A stretch of DNA of 64,000 bases, from assembly GCA_965649825.1 (NCBI GenBank), contig OZ287716.1, positions 1-64,000 of the forward strand, written 5' to 3'. The notes beneath the pieces were generated by a model. That model worked only from the letters and a program-made list of their open reading frames with translations. It searched no databases and was not told the DNA's origin. Of the stretch, positions 63,992 through 64,000 are shown one piece after another; within the stretch, counting starts at the first letter, position 1, and the number at the start of each line of letters is the position of its first letter. The translations under genes were made by a program, and so were the position numbers. The DNA is from Penicillus capitatus (Eukaryota > Plantae > Chlorophyta).

Positions 63992-64000
63992 AGCCCTACG

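Overview
Eukaryotic nuclear DNA, not prokaryotic. It is most consistent with a compact chlorophyte green-alga genome: plastid genes (PPD6, a second PsbP-domain gene, Whirly, AKR2), flagellar/centriolar genes (WRAP73, KIF12-like kinesin, an axonemal-type EF-hand protein), very short introns (mostly about 43-60 nt), TGTAA poly(A)-type signals and the standard genetic code. Bases 1-2890 are a GC-rich modular hairpin satellite with nested higher-order periodicity. The rest holds about 33 tightly packed spliced genes, mostly housekeeping. Top observations: (1) a USP7/UBP12-like MATH+UBL scaffold with no catalytic domain, fused to an MDM2-type C2H2C4 RING; (2) the satellite's shuffled hairpin grammar; (3) same-strand gene pairs 18-62 nt apart that may be bicistronic; (4) at least seven GC-AG introns; (5) an in-frame, unusually long intron in an RS-type SR gene; (6) a convergent coding overlap between a GNAT gene and eIF2B-epsilon. 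All gene models were spliced by eye and homologies come from recalled family motifs; no database search was run. Gene spans run from start to stop and include introns.
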